Shown here piece by piece: positions 38,155 through 52,070 of a stretch of DNA of 64,000 bases; position 1 is the first letter of the stretch; every line of letters starts with the position of its first letter. The translations under genes and the position numbers were made by a program. This DNA comes from Octopus vulgaris (Eukaryota): positions 50,344,001 to 50,408,000 of the forward strand of contig OX597814.1 in assembly GCA_951406725.2 (NCBI GenBank), written 5' to 3'. The notes beneath the pieces were generated by a model. The model was not told the origin of the DNA. It was given only the letters and a program-made list of their open reading frames with translations, and did not search any database.

Positions 38155-38162
<8 letters not shown>
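37849..38162. mobile_element. Fold-back element with 110-bp inverted arms and a hammerhead-like spacer (PLE inverted-pLTR-like)
   Basis: Arms 37849-37958 and 38053-38162 are nearly identical. Spacer contains GGACCA-CTGATGCG-GTCACA GGAG TGTGAC-GAAA-GAAC-TC-TGGCC (37996-38040). Confidence 0.8.
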
Positions 38163-38230
<68 letters not shown>

Positions 38231-38299
38231 ATATTGAATATATATTTATATACACACGACGCATGTGTGTAAAAGATAGATAGGTAGTGTTGTCAACAT

Positions 38300-38417
38300 A
38301 GTTTCCGTCTACCAAATCCACTCAGAAGGCTTTGGTTGACCCGAGGTTTTTGTAGAAGACACTTGCCCAATGTGCCACACTGTGGGACTGAACCCCGATA
38401 CATGTAGTTGGGAAGCA
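38300..38417 (-). mobile_element. SINE family B copy
   Basis: Plus strand TTTCCGTCTACCAAATCCACTCA.AAGGCTTTGG...AGAAGACACTTGCCCAA.GTGCCAC.CTGTGGGACTGAACCC. Confidence 0.85.
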
Positions 38418-39269
38418 TTACGGGAAGCAAGATTTTTAGCTGCCAAAGTACGCACACGTGAGCGTGTGTGTGTGTGTGTGCGCGCTTACGTGTGCGTACT
38501 TAAGCCAAAAATTAAAACCATATATTGAAGAAGTGCGCATGCCAGGGCTCTGTTTTCAGCTGTCGCTCATAAAAATATTAAAGATTTCTATTGAAATTCG
38601 ATCTCTTAATTGCATTCACTTGTATATATCAGGAATGCATTGCACGTCTTGCGTTCAGGCCACTCATATACATGTGCACCTGTGTGCGTATGTTCACACA
38701 CACACACACACAAATATGAAAGTGAGAGAGAGCGAGAGAGAGAGAGAGAGAAAGACAGACAGACAAACAGCAGACAGTCAGGCAGACAGTTGAATCGTTC
38801 TCATAGCATTTCCTGCCGTTGGGGCACAGGAATTTAATCTCCATTTGTCATTTGCAGTTAATTTACGCTATAAATTTTGAAATCTAACATAATAATCACA
38901 GAATTATTAGGAAAATAATAACTCAGGAATTAAATAGGAAAATATTCTTGTTTGCGTGATAAAGATGAACTGATGAAGAGAACAAAATGTGGCGTAATTG
39001 TTTTCTTCGAATTAGTATTTATATTTTAGTAAATTCTTAATCGGTTTTGATTTTTGCTGCATTAAATTGTATTCTCAACAATGGGAAATGATATTTATTA
39101 TTGCATAAATTCAAACATATTCAAGTGCATTTATAAATAGCATGAATGTGTTCTTTAATTCTCACAAACAAGTACACACAATACAAAAAGTGGCATCTTC
39201 CATTTACTGATGCTATCATGTATCGCTACGCTTGTGAGGTTTGTTATCAAACAAGAAACAAAAAAATCA

Positions 39270-39695
39270 CAAATACGTTACTTTTCAACTAGAATAATTC
39301 GGGGGAGTTGTACTAATGCTGATGAAGCCATTTATTTCCGACTTCACAAGAAATCTTTGAACAACCAAAGCTCTTTCTAAATATTTTTTTCTGTATTAGC
39401 TACTTCAACACCTCTTACAAAACCTTCTCAGTTCACTTTAACCTAACAAGGCAGTTCCTGACAGTACCCCTTTCACTAACTTCTGATTATGCACTCCGGA
39501 GATATATCCTATCCAAGTTAAATATTTTCAGCTTTTTCTTTCTTGGGGGATACATTCTAAGCAGTGGAAACTTACCCTCAGGATCTTGGTAAGAGCAACC
39601 TTATTGACCCTATTAATTACATATTTATCATATTCGACATCTTAATGTAAAGGAGACCAATATAAGCAATAACCTCATTTATCGCCTACAGTCCT

Positions 39696-39756
<61 letters not shown>

Positions 39757-40480
39757 ATTTACTTTCTCCTTGCAGGCCACTATTATAAATTCCGCAAAAC
39801 CATAGCTACTGTTGAAAAATACCGGTCCCTCATTCTTGAAATGTTCATTAATATCAATGTTGTTCCACTTGATATCAGAATACCTGCCCCCGTCACTTAT
39901 ATTCGCTGATAGAGCTCTCTCCCATCAATAAGCTCATTGTCCTGGAGGAGCCCCTAAGTCCATTTACACCTCTCACAACCTTCATTACATACATGAACGA
40001 CCTATTCACTGTCATCTCAAACTATATACATGCATATGAAAATGAAAGCATCCTCCATACATTCTTAACCTTCCACACGCTCTACCTAGATAACACACAC
40101 CAGATATGCAATGCTTTCGTTAACAAAGGCAGAAAACTCATTCCGAAATGAAGAGAGAAAAATATCCTTTAAATGTACTTAGATACAGTGTCTTGCACAT
40201 ACCCATGAAACATTCTGGTTACACATTATCTCAACAAATAAACGACATCCATATAAAGCTCTTAGAAATTTCTGGGTTTCTCTTTAGAACCTGAAAATTC
40301 TTCAACTTATATTAGTGATTTACTTTATAACACACACATTAAATGTAACACACATTAAACATTACACACATTATAACACACACATTAAAGTAACACATTA
40401 AAAAACTTCGCATCTACTGGACGAGCATCTGCTACGCTTACAGACACAACCACTTTCCTAGCAAGCTTCATACTACATCC
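39270..40480 (+). mobile_element. Highly degraded CR1/Jockey-group LINE
   Basis: Remnant of the G.PQ.S...PT.F..Y.NDL RT motif near 39945-40010; resembles the 24202-25800 element. Boundaries approximate. Confidence 0.5.
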
Positions 40481-40683
40481 ACTCTACTTATCCTTGGCTT
40501 TTGTACATCTATAAACACACACAGACATTTCGCTTGGTCTTTTATACCCGTAAAAAAACTTTTTTAAGAACTCAATTCACACACACTCATGTATTTATCA
40601 ATGTATCAATTTACCTATGTATCAATTTATATATGAAGCTATATATCTATGAATATAAGAATCTAAGAATTTGTCTGTCTAAC

Positions 40684-40820
40684 ACAGGTATGGCTGTGCG
40701 TTTAAGAAGCTCACTTTGCAATCACGTGGTTACGAGTTCAGCCTCACTGTACGGATCCTTGGACAAGTGTCTTCAGGAATAACCTCAAGCCAACCAATGC
40801 CTTTGTAAGTAAAATTGGCT
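40684..40820 (+). mobile_element. SINE family B copy
   Basis: ACAGGTATGGCTGTGCGTTTAAGAAGC...GAGTTCAG.CTCACTG...CCTTGGACAAGTGTCTTC. Confidence 0.8.
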
Positions 40821-40896
40821 CGACTACCGGCCGCGAAGCATCTCTTATCTTCCTGTCTCATGACTTTCATCTTTTATGTATATCTCCTAAGTTCCT

Positions 40897-41068
40897 GCCT
40901 CAAAGCTTTTACTCTACACATGCCAGATCAACTTGATTCGTCTCTATTAGTCGAAAGACACCTGTTGTTATTTTCTTGTTGTTAGTATTGTGTAACATTT
41001 TCGCCGCTTTTTGTTTCTTTTTTCGTTCTTTTTTGTCTTCGTTTTCATACACATTCGCTTGCTTTCTT
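40897..41068 (+). mobile_element. Family H1 repeat, 5' part only (ends before the ribozyme)
   Basis: GCCTCAA...ATGCCAGATCAA...GTCGAAAGACACCTGTTG...ACATTCGCTTGCTTTCTT aligns with the 5' halves of both H1 copies. Confidence 0.6.
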
Positions 41069-41541
41069 AGACAACCATAAATAAACTTCGTGCATGTGTG
41101 CGGCGTAGGTATGTGCATGTATGTGCTTATTTGAGTATGTATCCCAACATTAAAATCTCCATAACAAATTTTAAAAGGTTTGATTCCCATCTATTATAAA
41201 AGTTACAAGATGAATATGCAATTCTGTGACTGATTCAGTTTCTTTGTTCTTAGCATGTTGACAAAACAAAGTATTGCCGAAAAATTGGTTTCGAAATGGT
41301 ATATGTATTTGAGACTGACCTCCAAGTAAAGTACTTGCAAATGACTGAACTTCTATTATAGAGAGAGATAGACTTGCTTATCTGTTGTTTAGAACTTTGA
41401 ACACTAGATATTATCCAACTTCATAAACTATACATGACCTGCAAAGAAATTGTAGAAAAACATATTTCTGTCCGTCACAACATATGTGTAGAAAGACAGA
41501 AGAAAAAGGTGTTGTTGAGTGAGAAATACAGTGAGAGAGAG

Positions 41542-41580
<39 letters not shown>

Positions 41581-41614
41581 CTGTTTGTGTGTGCCTGTGT
41601 GTGTGTGTGAGTGT

Positions 41615-41652
<38 letters not shown>

Positions 41653-41822
41653 AAAAGGTAGATAGGTAGTGTTGTCTACATAGTAACTAGCAAATTTTGA
41701 TTTAAAACGCGAGAATCTTAAGTGCAGCACTGTCAACGCTGGATGAGAATATATATATATGTACTCATCCACACGCAATAAATGTAGTTATTGGAGGGGT
41801 TGTATGTGCGTGTGTGTGTGTG

Positions 41823-41860
<38 letters not shown>

Positions 41861-42166
41861 GTGTGTGTGTGTGTGTGTGTTTGTGTGTGCTCCTGTATGT
41901 CTCTCAACATATAGACAACGCAGCATATAGACAACTTTAGAAAAAGAATTTCACTTTAACGATAGGTCGTCGTCGTCGTTGTTGCTGATGTTGTTGTTGT
42001 TGATGCTGCTATTGCTCAAGAGTATTCAAACTGTTATTAATCTTCACTGAGAAAGTAAATCTAAACATTATTTGAACAATTTATAAAGGCACGTGCATGA
42101 TTAACATATACATTTACTGGTATTATAGCGACAGATAATGACCTAGTATTAATTCTTATCAATTAA

Positions 42167-42376
42167 TTCTTTCTACTATAAGCACAGGGCCTAAAATTTG
42201 GCGGGCAGTGGTTAGTCAATTGCATCGACCTTAATGCCCAGATGGTATTTATTTTATCGAACACGAAAAAATGTAAAACAAGATTTTCCTGCTTCGGCGG
42301 AATTTGAACTCAGATCATAAAACCGGAAAAATACCGCTAAGCGTTTTGGCCGACGTGCTAACGATTCTGCCAGTTC
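42167..42376 (-). mobile_element. SINE family A copy
   Basis: Plus strand TCGGCGGAATTTGAACTCAG...ATACCGCTAAGC...GTGCTAACGATTCTGCCAG. Confidence 0.85.
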
Positions 42377-45300
42377 AAAACAGAAATGTGACGGACACAG
42401 TGAAACCCTGAAGTAAATGTTTTACATTATTTTATAAACACTTCTACAGTTATAAAGATAGAAGTATAGTAACATAGAGGAAACATTTAACGCTTTGAGT
42501 AATACTTTTCATTGGTAAGATTTTATGAATGTAGACTGCTACTCAAAAAATTAGTCTGCTGTTCATCTTCACAGTAAACCAACAAACTCTAATTTTGAAC
42601 TGTTCATACTCATTATTCGATGACACAATCTTTGTTTTTCTCAGAATCTATTGTTTGCCTTACAGTAGGCAGTTTGTACCCTTGATCTTAAATCCTATTT
42701 AGTAACAACGTCGGTAATCATTACTCCGTGATCGATAAACAACCCCCAATCGACTTTGCTGCTTCTTCATAAACTTTTGGTATCTGGTGAAGTTCAAAAA
42801 AATATTATCAAATAATATAAGTTATTTAGTGCAGAATGGTTAATGCGTCTAATAATTTTTGATTTGATAATATGCGTTCAAAGAACAAAAATAAATAAAG
42901 ATACGAGGAAATAAAAATAGTTCCTGGAGACTCTATGAGCGTCTACGAGGATATATAACTTTATGAAATGACCAGTAATGACTATATTTAAATGAGTGGG
43001 CATATTTTTTCTCGACATAGGAATTGATCAGCAGTTCTTTCGAACACATATAAGAAGTATGTTATTTCATATTTTAAGCCATGGTTGACTTAATAATATA
43101 TCAGCTTTTCTGTATCTATAGTAACAGCTTAGGGGCGGAATTCATCATTCGAATGGCCTTCGATAAGATATGGCATGTAAATTCCTTTGTGAGATGCTTT
43201 CTTATGGAATCCATTCAATTGATTCTTATTAGCTGGCTGGTTTTCTAGCTATTTCACTCTATTAGTTGAATTCCATCTAAAAACAAAAATGAAGGTACAT
43301 ACAGAATTTCTGCAATTTTTATTTTTTCCAGTAATACACTTTTATCAAAATGGAGTAATCCAAATTTTAGATGAAGTTGGGATACTACAGATATGCCATC
43401 AACATTACTGGGATAAAATATATTCTACAAAAGACTGTATTTTTCCTCTTAGAAGAGTTTTCCTTGTTTTTCATATTGTGTCTACTTCCCCACACTAAGC
43501 CCTATGACTAATCTTTCTTTCTAGAGTGTCAGGTATCTGAAGTTCCTTTTTAGACAAAATAATCTTTTCCTGCAGTTATCGGCTAACAAATCAACCTCAG
43601 AAGCTGTCTCGAATGATTTGAGAAGGTGATATTTCTAAACCATTTTTTCGAGCCAAATCATTAAAAAGGAAAGAATACACTGCTACCAACTTCCTCGTGT
43701 TGAATTTAGCATTAAATGTTCATTCGTTTTTAGTTCTTCCCTTAATTCCTCAAACACTTTTCAGGGTCTTGGGGACATCATAAGTAATCTATTTAAAACC
43801 ACTGCCAAAATGAAGTCGTGTGGGTCCTGTTATTTTATTTCTTTTTCGCTTATTTTATGAAACTTTTAATTATTTGCTTCTGTAGATTTTTGAATTTGCT
43901 TTCACAATTCCAGTACAGTAAATAGGGAGCCTTCTCCTCACATGATAAAGTAATGCATGATACCAATCAACCAACGTTCTGAATAGTATGCAAATACATT
44001 CTTCACAAGAAGAACTTTATTGCAAGACGCCCAACAGCCAGACCTTCAAACTTAGTTGAGCACTGAAAACCAAAATGTGAAAGAGCAAGAAGCTTTATAA
44101 AAATATGAACATGCAATTAGTGTGTGTACGGTCTTTTGCAAGATCGGTGACTTTGATAAACTTATTGACAAGATATATTTACATTAATGACAATATTGAC
44201 TCGATTTCTGCACGTATTCCAGGCTAAGAAATTCGTGTTACTACAAGCATTGATGACTGGTTAAGTTTACGCAATGCATTAAATTTATGAAAACTTTCTC
44301 CAATACAGGTGATAATACTTACTTTATTCTAGAGAACTCATTTATCTTCATGAAGATCGAATGTTTTGTGGTGGTTCCATGTTCAGTATTTCCATCTAAC
44401 AAAGCAGCCTCTGCATGTTCGCTTCAGATACAAGAATAGCTGCCAACTTTCCCTCAAATTAAAATCTAGCGTCTTATATAAAAAACAGTTGATAATATTT
44501 TCCTTGATATCCAAATAAACGGAATGGTCATGGTTGGAACTCCTTTTGTCATAAATTTTCTTGACCAAGATTGGCTTGATATTGATCACCAACACGTAGA
44601 AAATGGAACTTAAATCTGAAGTTTGCTTTTGCTTTATTCTTCGTTGATAATAAACAACAGAATAAAAAAGGAAACCACGTTTCTTGAGGGAATTTCTTTT
44701 CTTATTAGATGAAGAAGCAACTTCTGGGAAAGATCGTGAAACGAAGGCATCCATCATGATATCTTAATAGTTTGAATGCATGAATTTGTAAGTGGCATGA
44801 GGGTATGCTATATTCAGAATTGACTGCTTTGGTTATTTCTCTGTTCTACAAATACAAATATACTTATTTTTCAAGCTTAAGATCTCTCCACTCATTTGAA
44901 ATTCTTTTTAAATACCCTGAGAAAATGGAACTTAAATCCACAAATTTGGTGTTTGCTAACGAAAATATTTTGTCTTTTGTCGTGTAAGTTCGAATTTAAT
45001 GAACTTTAATGTTTCCAACTAAGCAATAACATCGCTTTATATTAACTAAATATTTTTCTTAAAAGTGAAAGCTGTCAAAAATGAATGCCTGAGAGCACTT
45101 TTCATTGTCAGAGATTAATCGATCTTTCCTTAGGTATGTGAGCGATATACAAAGAGATATCATGTTTACTAGTAACATTTCATCCCCCTCTCCTCTATCT
45201 CCCCTCCTCCCCTCTCTCTCCCTCTTTCTCTCTCCGACGATGATGACGACGACGACGAAGGGCTCTGCCCACAATTGTAAACTCTTCCTCACAGCATTAC

Positions 45301-46014
45301 ATTTATTCCTCCGTTTCGATTACTTCGATTGCTATTTGCTGACATTTACCATTACTAGTTTCCTATATAGTATTCTACTATTTCATTGAGTGGTATACAG
45401 TTTTTGATTTATTCCCACTATATCTCCTCCTGTCACCATTCTGTAAAAGGACGATGAAAGCAATGCCACGAAAACACATTCAAAAGCTGTCTACATGCTG
45501 TGTTGTCATAGCAATTTCCATAATCTAAGTTGTCGGTCCCGTGGGTCTACAGTGAATACGGTTACGTATATTCCATGGCAAATCCCTTAAGCTAGATCAC
45601 ACAGCGATTCCTATTAGTCCGTTTGGTACATCTTGATTTTTTATTTTTTTTTTTTTTTACTCAGAACACTTTGGAGATTAATTCACCGCGTTATGAAACC
45701 TGTCCTGACCAACAAAACACACACGTCGCTTAATATTCTTCTTCGTGGAGAGGAAAGGGTGGTCATTGTATACATCCCTACGATGTATAAATGTCTCCAG
45801 TATACTATCATCTCAATATTGTTTACATTTGTTATTTTCAAATTCTTATCTCAAAGCAATTCTAATAGAAATATTGGTTGGGCATTAATGTGTCTCTGTC
45901 TAGAGATGTGTTCTGGGCATGCGGTGTTTAATGCTTATTTAAAGAATACAAATGCATGTGTATGTGTGTATATATATATATGTGCGGATTTTCATGTATA
46001 TATACTAATCTGTC

Positions 46015-46056
<42 letters not shown>

Positions 46057-46118
46057 TATATATATGTATATATATATATAAACACACGTAAGCACTCTCA
46101 TAGGTATGTAAATGTACG

Positions 46119-46168
<50 letters not shown>

Positions 46169-46217
46169 CATACATACATACATACATACATACATACATA
46201 CATACATACATACATAC

Positions 46218-46248
<31 letters not shown>

Positions 46249-46485
46249 CATACGTACATACATACATATATTAATGTATTTGCGTATGTGCTGTTGCCTA
46301 TATGTTCCTCTATAAGAATGGGTATATATTCACATAATTATCGAACTTGGACGCATGCAGGTACGAAATATTTACATGCTTGAATACTAACGAATTTATA
46401 GCGACCAAGATTCCTATACAAGCGCTCATATAACTCATGTATACGTACGCACCGATAAATATGTGTATGTGCAAACATACACTCA

Positions 46486-46547
<62 letters not shown>

Positions 46548-46577
46548 GTGTGTATGTATGTATATTCATACTTGCAT

Positions 46578-46662
<85 letters not shown>

Positions 46663-46959
46663 AGCAGGCATTCACAAAAGTACGCTTCCGCACACAGTCA
46701 CATAGAAACAGTGATATACACAAATGTGTTAGCATCAAATACAAACAGACGATTCTTTTTCTATATGCTACTAATACGAGTATTGTTCCAAGGGGATTAT
46801 GTCAGATAACGTGGGATTACGTTACCTATCCATCTTAAAAGATTAAGGGGCTCTATGGATAGCTTCAATGAACGTGACAACCATTTACCTATGAGAATCA
46901 TTGGCACCGCTAGAACGGTTTCGTTTTGCTATTCTGCTTCGCCTTAAACATCTAATAGT

Positions 46960-47275
46960 CTAAATTCTTCTTCTTCTTCGTCTTCTGCTACTACTGCTGC
47001 TGCTGCTCCAGCTGCTGCCACTATTGGTGCCACTGCTGCTCTGTTGCTGATGATAATGATGATGAAGAGGAGGAGGCTGATGAAGATAATGAGGAGGAGG
47101 AGGTAGAGGAGAAGATAGAATAGGAGAAGGGAAGGTAGTGGAGGGGAGGTAGAGGAGGGGGAGAAGACCACTGACAACAATAACGATGGTGGTGGTGGTA
47201 GTGGTTGTGGTGGTGGTGGTGGTGGTGGTGGTGGTGGTGGTGGAGATGGTGGTTGTGGTAACGATGACAACAACA
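46960..47275. repeat. Mixed trinucleotide low-complexity tract (TTC/GCT/GAT/GAG/GGT)
   Basis: Direct reading; source of the poly-P/T/H ORFs. Confidence 0.9.
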
Positions 47276-47481
47276 GTTAATGGAGATGATTTCAATGTTG
47301 ATGAAAACAGAGGGAACAATTTTGAACATGAATTTTGTTGAATTAGCTTTTTCACTTGATTTAAACTAAAATTGGCATGCTGATTTCAAAACTACAGGTA
47401 GTTTTCTTACGTCAAGTTTTTTTTTTTTTTTCTACTGCTTACTCTTTGAATAAGCATAATTTTATTGTTTATTCGGAAGTA

Positions 47482-48771
47482 TTAAGTTGTTCCGAAAACA
47501 ATGGCCGCTCGAAGTGTTGTTTTGAAACGCAATTTTATCATAGTATTTTAATTATATTTTAAGTGAATTTCGACATACTTAATAATTGATGTATGCTCCT
47601 TAATAATTTTCTACTTTTTTTCTACTTATTTCAAACAGAAAACATTCTCGGAGCATAGATGTCCTTAATTATGAACATGACAAAAAAGGACCTTCGCTTA
47701 CTTTTCTTGCAATAGTTCAAGATTGGGCACAGTGCCTCCCAAACAGCTGCCAATATCAGCAGAGCATGAGGAGAGGGGTCCACAAGTGATCACACAGTAC
47801 GAAGGTGGTTTCAGAAATTCCGTAGTGTTGATTAGAGCCTTGAAGATGAAGAAGGGAGAGGATGGTCATGCAGTCTTGACAATGAACAATCGAAAGCAAT
47901 TGTTGAACAAAACCCACATCAAATTCTCAGAGAAATGTTTCAGGCATTTGGTGACGGTATTGCAATGGTCTCACACAATCTGCAGAAGATTGGTAAGGTG
48001 AAAAAGCATGATAAATGGGTAATGCATGAGCTCAAGGAAAATCAAAAAGTTCAGCATTTTGAAGTGTGCTCGATGCTCTTTCTGTGAAACAACAATGATC
48101 CTTTTCTTGACCGAATAGTCACTTGTGACAACAAGTGGATCCTTTATGATAATCGTAAACGGTCAGGTCAATGGTTTAATCATGATGAGTCCCCCAAACA
48201 TTTCCGAAAGCTGAAGTTTCATCAGCAAAAGACTATGGTGACTATCTGGTGGTCTGCAATTGGTATTGTCCATAACAGCTTTCTGGGAGCTAATCAGAAC
48301 ATTACAGCAGAGGTTTACTGCAATGATCTCGCTGAAATGCATGCTCACTTTAAAAAAATGACCTGCATTGGTGAATCGGCGTGGCCTAATTCTACTCCAC
48401 GATAATGCAAAGCCACATGTTGCAAGAATGACGCTACAGAAACTCATTGACTTAAGATACGAGACTTTACCACAGCCACCGTATTCTTCTGATCTTTCAC
48501 CCAATGACTACCATTTTGAGCATTTAAACACGTTTTTAAGTGATAAACCTTTCAGGTTCAAACCATGAGTGGAATCAGCTTTCAAAGATTTCTTGGCATC
48601 AAAGCCAATATGTTTTTATCAACGATGCATAAATAATCTCGTTGATCGATGGCAGGGATGCATAGATGTTCACGACTCATACTTTGACTAATCAAAACAT
48701 TTCTATTGTTAATTTTTTTTCAGAATAACATTATGTTTCTGAAATCGGCCATTATGTTCGGAACAGCCTAA
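47482..48771 (+). mobile_element. Full-length (~1.29 kb) mariner element with a pseudogenised DD34D transposase
   Basis: TIRs TTAAGTTGTTCCGAAAACAATGGCCG (left) and, on the minus strand, TTAGGCTGTTCCGAACATAATGGCCG (right), with TA TSD. Motifs WVMHEL, IVTCDNKWILYDNRKR, LLHDNAKPH, QPPYSSDLSPNDYHF. Confidence 0.95.
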
Positions 48772-50179
48772 TAATTAGGGTGGTTACATGATTTTATTAT
48801 TTTATTGACTGCACTGAGGAACATTTTCGAAAAAAATTAATTGTCTTACTTTTACTTGGTTTGAAGGTGCTTGGTTCAGAAATGTCCACAGCAGTTTTCC
48901 ATCGCATCATGTATTTTATAATACAGGAATCCATTAAATGAAACCAAAAAAAAAAAAAAAAAACTAACTCAAGCCAAATAGTACTTGTAATTCTTTAACA
49001 AATAAATTACACAAAATGTTTGATTACACATCTTAGTATAGATATTTCTGTCAAATTGGTGTTTCAACTACTCAAGGAGTGAACTTTTTATTTGCTGCTT
49101 TGCGTGAATAACTTACGATAGTCTCTTTGCAGAGACCGGCAGTAGTCAGCCATCATGATTGTGTTCCACTTACCTTCATTCCTAGTCTCCACAATCTCGA
49201 TGTCTTGGTGGAACCGTTCTTCATCTATTGCACTATGGTTTTCAAGGAAGTATTCCAGGTGACTATATCTATATATTTGGTTATATACATATTTGTGTAT
49301 GTATCTAAATGTGTCCCCTTTTTGCGTCTGAATGTCTGTGTATGTCTTTTTATTTGAATAGTGTCTATTTACTTGCGATTTTGCTTTCCAGAATCAGATT
49401 ATTTTTAAGATTAAAAGAATTCACCTGCTGCTAGATAATATATTCCTGCATTTATCTCCAGTGGTGACTCCAAATTCGTTTTCTTACCTCCTTAAACTTT
49501 TCTTTCATTTATTATGATATATCCATAATTGCATTGTCTTTTTTGTTGCCACGCCAGGAGGTAATGTTTTGTACTGCTGATATCATTTAGATTACATAGA
49601 TATGTTTGTTCTTCCCGTAGTTATTCAATTCTTTTTCTGCATTGCTGAGTTAAGATATTTTAATGAATCGCTTAAGCAAGCTAACTGCTGTCTGCAGTAG
49701 AATAACTGTTAGGCTGTTAGCGTGCCGAAATTCAAAAAGTTTCACTTCATTTCTTCCTGCACAAGACCAGAGATGTAATTTACTTGTAGGTCATTTACTT
49801 GCTTATTTTCAAGTCAAATCATTGAGCTTTTGCACAAGCTTACTGTCGAAATTTATCGAAGTTCTAAAACCATTAAGCCAGTGAATGTTCTTTTCCCAAT
49901 TTGACAAAACATTGATCTATTATAATTTTGTTTACACTGAGAATTCTTTGACAGGGCTTAAACACGAGACTACAGATTCATTGCTGCTAGACAAACTGTC
50001 AAAAATATAGTCACTTCAGTATTCACGCTGGTGCTTTATCATAGTTTATCTATCAAGTATTTTATTGATACCGGAGCAATGGAAGTCTAGATTTAAAGCA
50101 GAGGAGAAACTTATTCATACAAGTGATTGAATATGTGTAGGTATGTACATTGCAACTATTATTAAACATTAAACTGCTC

Positions 50180-50960
50180 AGTGGGAAACATCTGCAACAC
50201 GAGTCTGATCTCTATCACAGCTTCATCGACTTCAAAAAGGCATTTGACCGTATTTGGAACGATGGGTTGTGACAGGTGGCGAAGAATTACGACTTCGATA
50301 ACAATCACTTCGAAGTAAGCCAAGCAGTGCAGTCCTCCTGAATAACATCGGAGAATTTTTCAGGACAACAGCAGGTATTCGACAAGGATGTTTTCTCTCT
50401 CCAGTGCTTTTCAACATCTTCCCGCGGAACACCATACAGGAGACACTTAAACTTCACCTTTCTGTTTCCATTAGAGGACAGCCTATTTCCAACCTGCGTT
50501 TTGTTGATGATATTAACCTGTTAGGAAGCAGTAAAGAAAAACTACAGGAGCTCACTTCCAGTCTGGAAAAATATCAGCCCAGAAAAGAACAAAATAATGG
50601 TTAAGAGTAACAACAAAAAAAAATCAACCGACATCATGTCAAATGGATAGACTTGAAGTGGTCACCTCCGAGTACCTAGGAGTCACTTTGACCAAGAATA
50701 GCAGATATCAAAGGGAGATAATGACAAAACTCAGCTTAGCCTCTGCTCCCATGACAAAGCTGAACAACATATGCGGATGCAATTTCATTAGTCTTCCCAC
50801 AAGATTAATTATAAAAGACTCTAGTCACTTCGACACTTCTGTATGGATGTAAAAACTGGATTCTTAGAGCTAACATGGAGCGGAGAATCCAGACATAACC
50901 TTCAGAAGGTTATTACACATCTGCACAAAGCACAAAACGAACAGCTTTATCAGGTAGTAA
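50180..50960 (+). mobile_element. RTE-clade LINE reverse transcriptase fragment
   Basis: FIDFKKAFDR, GIRQGCFLSPVLFNIF, ISNLRFVDDINLL, EYLGVTL, spread across frameshifts. Confidence 0.88.
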
Positions 50961-51279
50961 GTCAACAAAGTATTAACATGCCTGAAGAGTAGAATTTGTT
51001 AAAAGGAATATTCTATGCAATTACTGGTAGCTGTTGTCAAGAATGAATCATTTCATAGACATATTTATTCTAATAGCGTGGTGTTAAAGAACCAATTGAC
51101 TTCGATCTCATAGCTTCGAAGCTATGGAGAGATGGTACAGTACACTCATGTAGAATTAATCCGAGAGATTTTAATAGAGCAATTAAACAAACGCACAACG
51201 TTCTAGCAATACACGAGGAACTTACTGCTAGTATTTTCTTTTATTTTTTTGCTAATGTATTCCACATTTTTGCATGTTC

Positions 51280-52070
51280 AAAAAATTATTTAGGCGAATA
51301 CAAGAGCCCGAAGAAAGTAGCAAACTAGTCACATTCAATAGTGTGAAGTCGGCTCCAGAGTCGTTGAAAACCACTATGAAACATTTGTTTGAAAGATTGA
51401 AATACTTGTTTATCGTTATGGATGACATACAGGGATTTTTTGTATCAAAGTTGGAAATTACAAACTTCTGTATGGTATGTCATCCCTAACAGGTACAGAC
51501 CATAAAGCCTTGATAAACATTTTGCTCAAACTGCTTTACGTAGCCCTTGTGGAAATTATTTCAAGTGTAGAATTATAATGCACTGTAAAATATATAATAG
51601 GGGGAGAGGTGGATATTGCAGATGCGCTTAGTTGTGCAACGTACGACTGATCTTTGATACAGGGGACATACAATCCGATTGCCAACACTTCAGATGATTA
51701 CTGCGCATATTGCTAAAATGAAAGCTATGACTGCTAAACATAGTCAACTGGCTACATTAGAATAAGTTCAAGAATTACGCTATTACAGACGTAAATTAGA
51801 AGTTTCTGGAACTACAAGGATGACGTAACATAATTCCATGGGCTGGTATCTAAAAGCCAGAAAGTTTTGTTCCACGGATAATGAGAAGATTAATACTTAA
51901 TGATATACACTAGTTACAATTAGGTCACTCACTTTGTCTAAAGAGAGCACAGGATTGCATTATTGACGTATGATGTGAGCAGAGACATCATTGTACAGGA
52001 TGTGATATTTGTACCCGGCATCAATGAAACCAGCTAAAGATTATCTTTTGAATCAGTTATATTGCCGGAG
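51280..52070 (+). mobile_element. Ty3/Gypsy pol relic (RNase H to integrase region)
   Basis: TDHKAL (~51495) and IADALS (~51615) motifs in the expected order; heavily decayed, boundaries approximate. Confidence 0.6.
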
